Of a stretch of 64,000 bases of DNA, positions 63,862 through 64,000 are shown piece after piece (the first letter of the stretch is position 1; each line of letters opens with the position of its first letter). Where the stretch lies: the IMG/VR virus record IMGVR_UViG_2915168811_000001; one strand, given 5' to 3'. A program made the position numbers and the translations under genes. The notes below the pieces were generated by a model. The model saw only the letters and a list, made by a program, of their open reading frames with translations, was not told the origin of the DNA and did no database searches. Source of the stretch: a virus.

Positions 63862-64000
63862 GCCCGGGATTCGAGGTCTGCGCCGACTGTGCGCTCCTGG
63901 ACTACGGACGCGCTCCAGGCAGGGTGGCGGAGTTCGTCGCCCACCGAGAGCGAGAGCACATCGGCGTGATCGTCGACTACTCCTGGATTGTCGAGGGCAT
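63858..64000 (+). CDS. Hypothetical protein (3' truncated by window)
   Basis: ATGA overlap; MSPGFEVCADCALL... open to the window end. Confidence 0.5.
   Translation, partial: MSPGFEVCADCALLDYGRAPGRVAEFVAHREREHIGVIVDYSWIVEG

Noticed and set aside
1-64000. Prophage or jumbo-phage interpretation; rRNA genes; IS elements; reverse transcriptase systems
   Set aside because: No capsid, portal, terminase, tail, lysis, integrase, transposase, RT or rRNA sequence recognised in this window, whereas Rep, Par and FtsK-transfer genes are present. A phage-plasmid cannot be excluded without the rest of the replicon.

Overview
High-GC actinobacterial sequence that reads as part of a large conjugative plasmid (or plasmid-like element); a Microbacteriaceae-like host is only an inference, and no virion genes are visible. 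It carries: (i) a NAMPT-Nudix-putative ADP-ribosyltransferase module; (ii) an array of 8 canonical tRNAs interleaved with tRNA-like and other structured RNA; (iii) its own replication and repair genes (NAD-dependent ligase, DnaE, primase-helicase, RNase H, RecB-type nuclease, SNF2 and UvrD helicases, Dam-family MTase, prim-pol Rep, ParA plus an RHH partner and a 12-bp repeat array); (iv) transfer/surface genes (two FtsK/SpoIIIE ATPases, a sortase, a thioester-domain adhesin, DUF2637, an ArdC-like protein). The most striking unexplained structure is a private gene-expression programme. I found by eye 18 copies of CCGCGCAT(C/A/T)ACT, all but one gene-proximal and all co-oriented with a downstream start. 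A sister motif, CCGCACATA, lies exactly 18 nt before four start codons, and a third motif, GGATCGYATGTGT, lies mainly ahead of transfer/surface genes. The element encodes two sigma-like proteins flanking an mIHF-like gene. Three otherwise unrelated proteins behind the CCGCACATA motif share an identically spaced N-terminal peptide, R-x2-AG-x7-[VA]-GG-[QR]-F-x4-R, a candidate delivery/targeting signal. All motif counts are manual and are minimum numbers; protein family calls come from motif recognition, not database searches.
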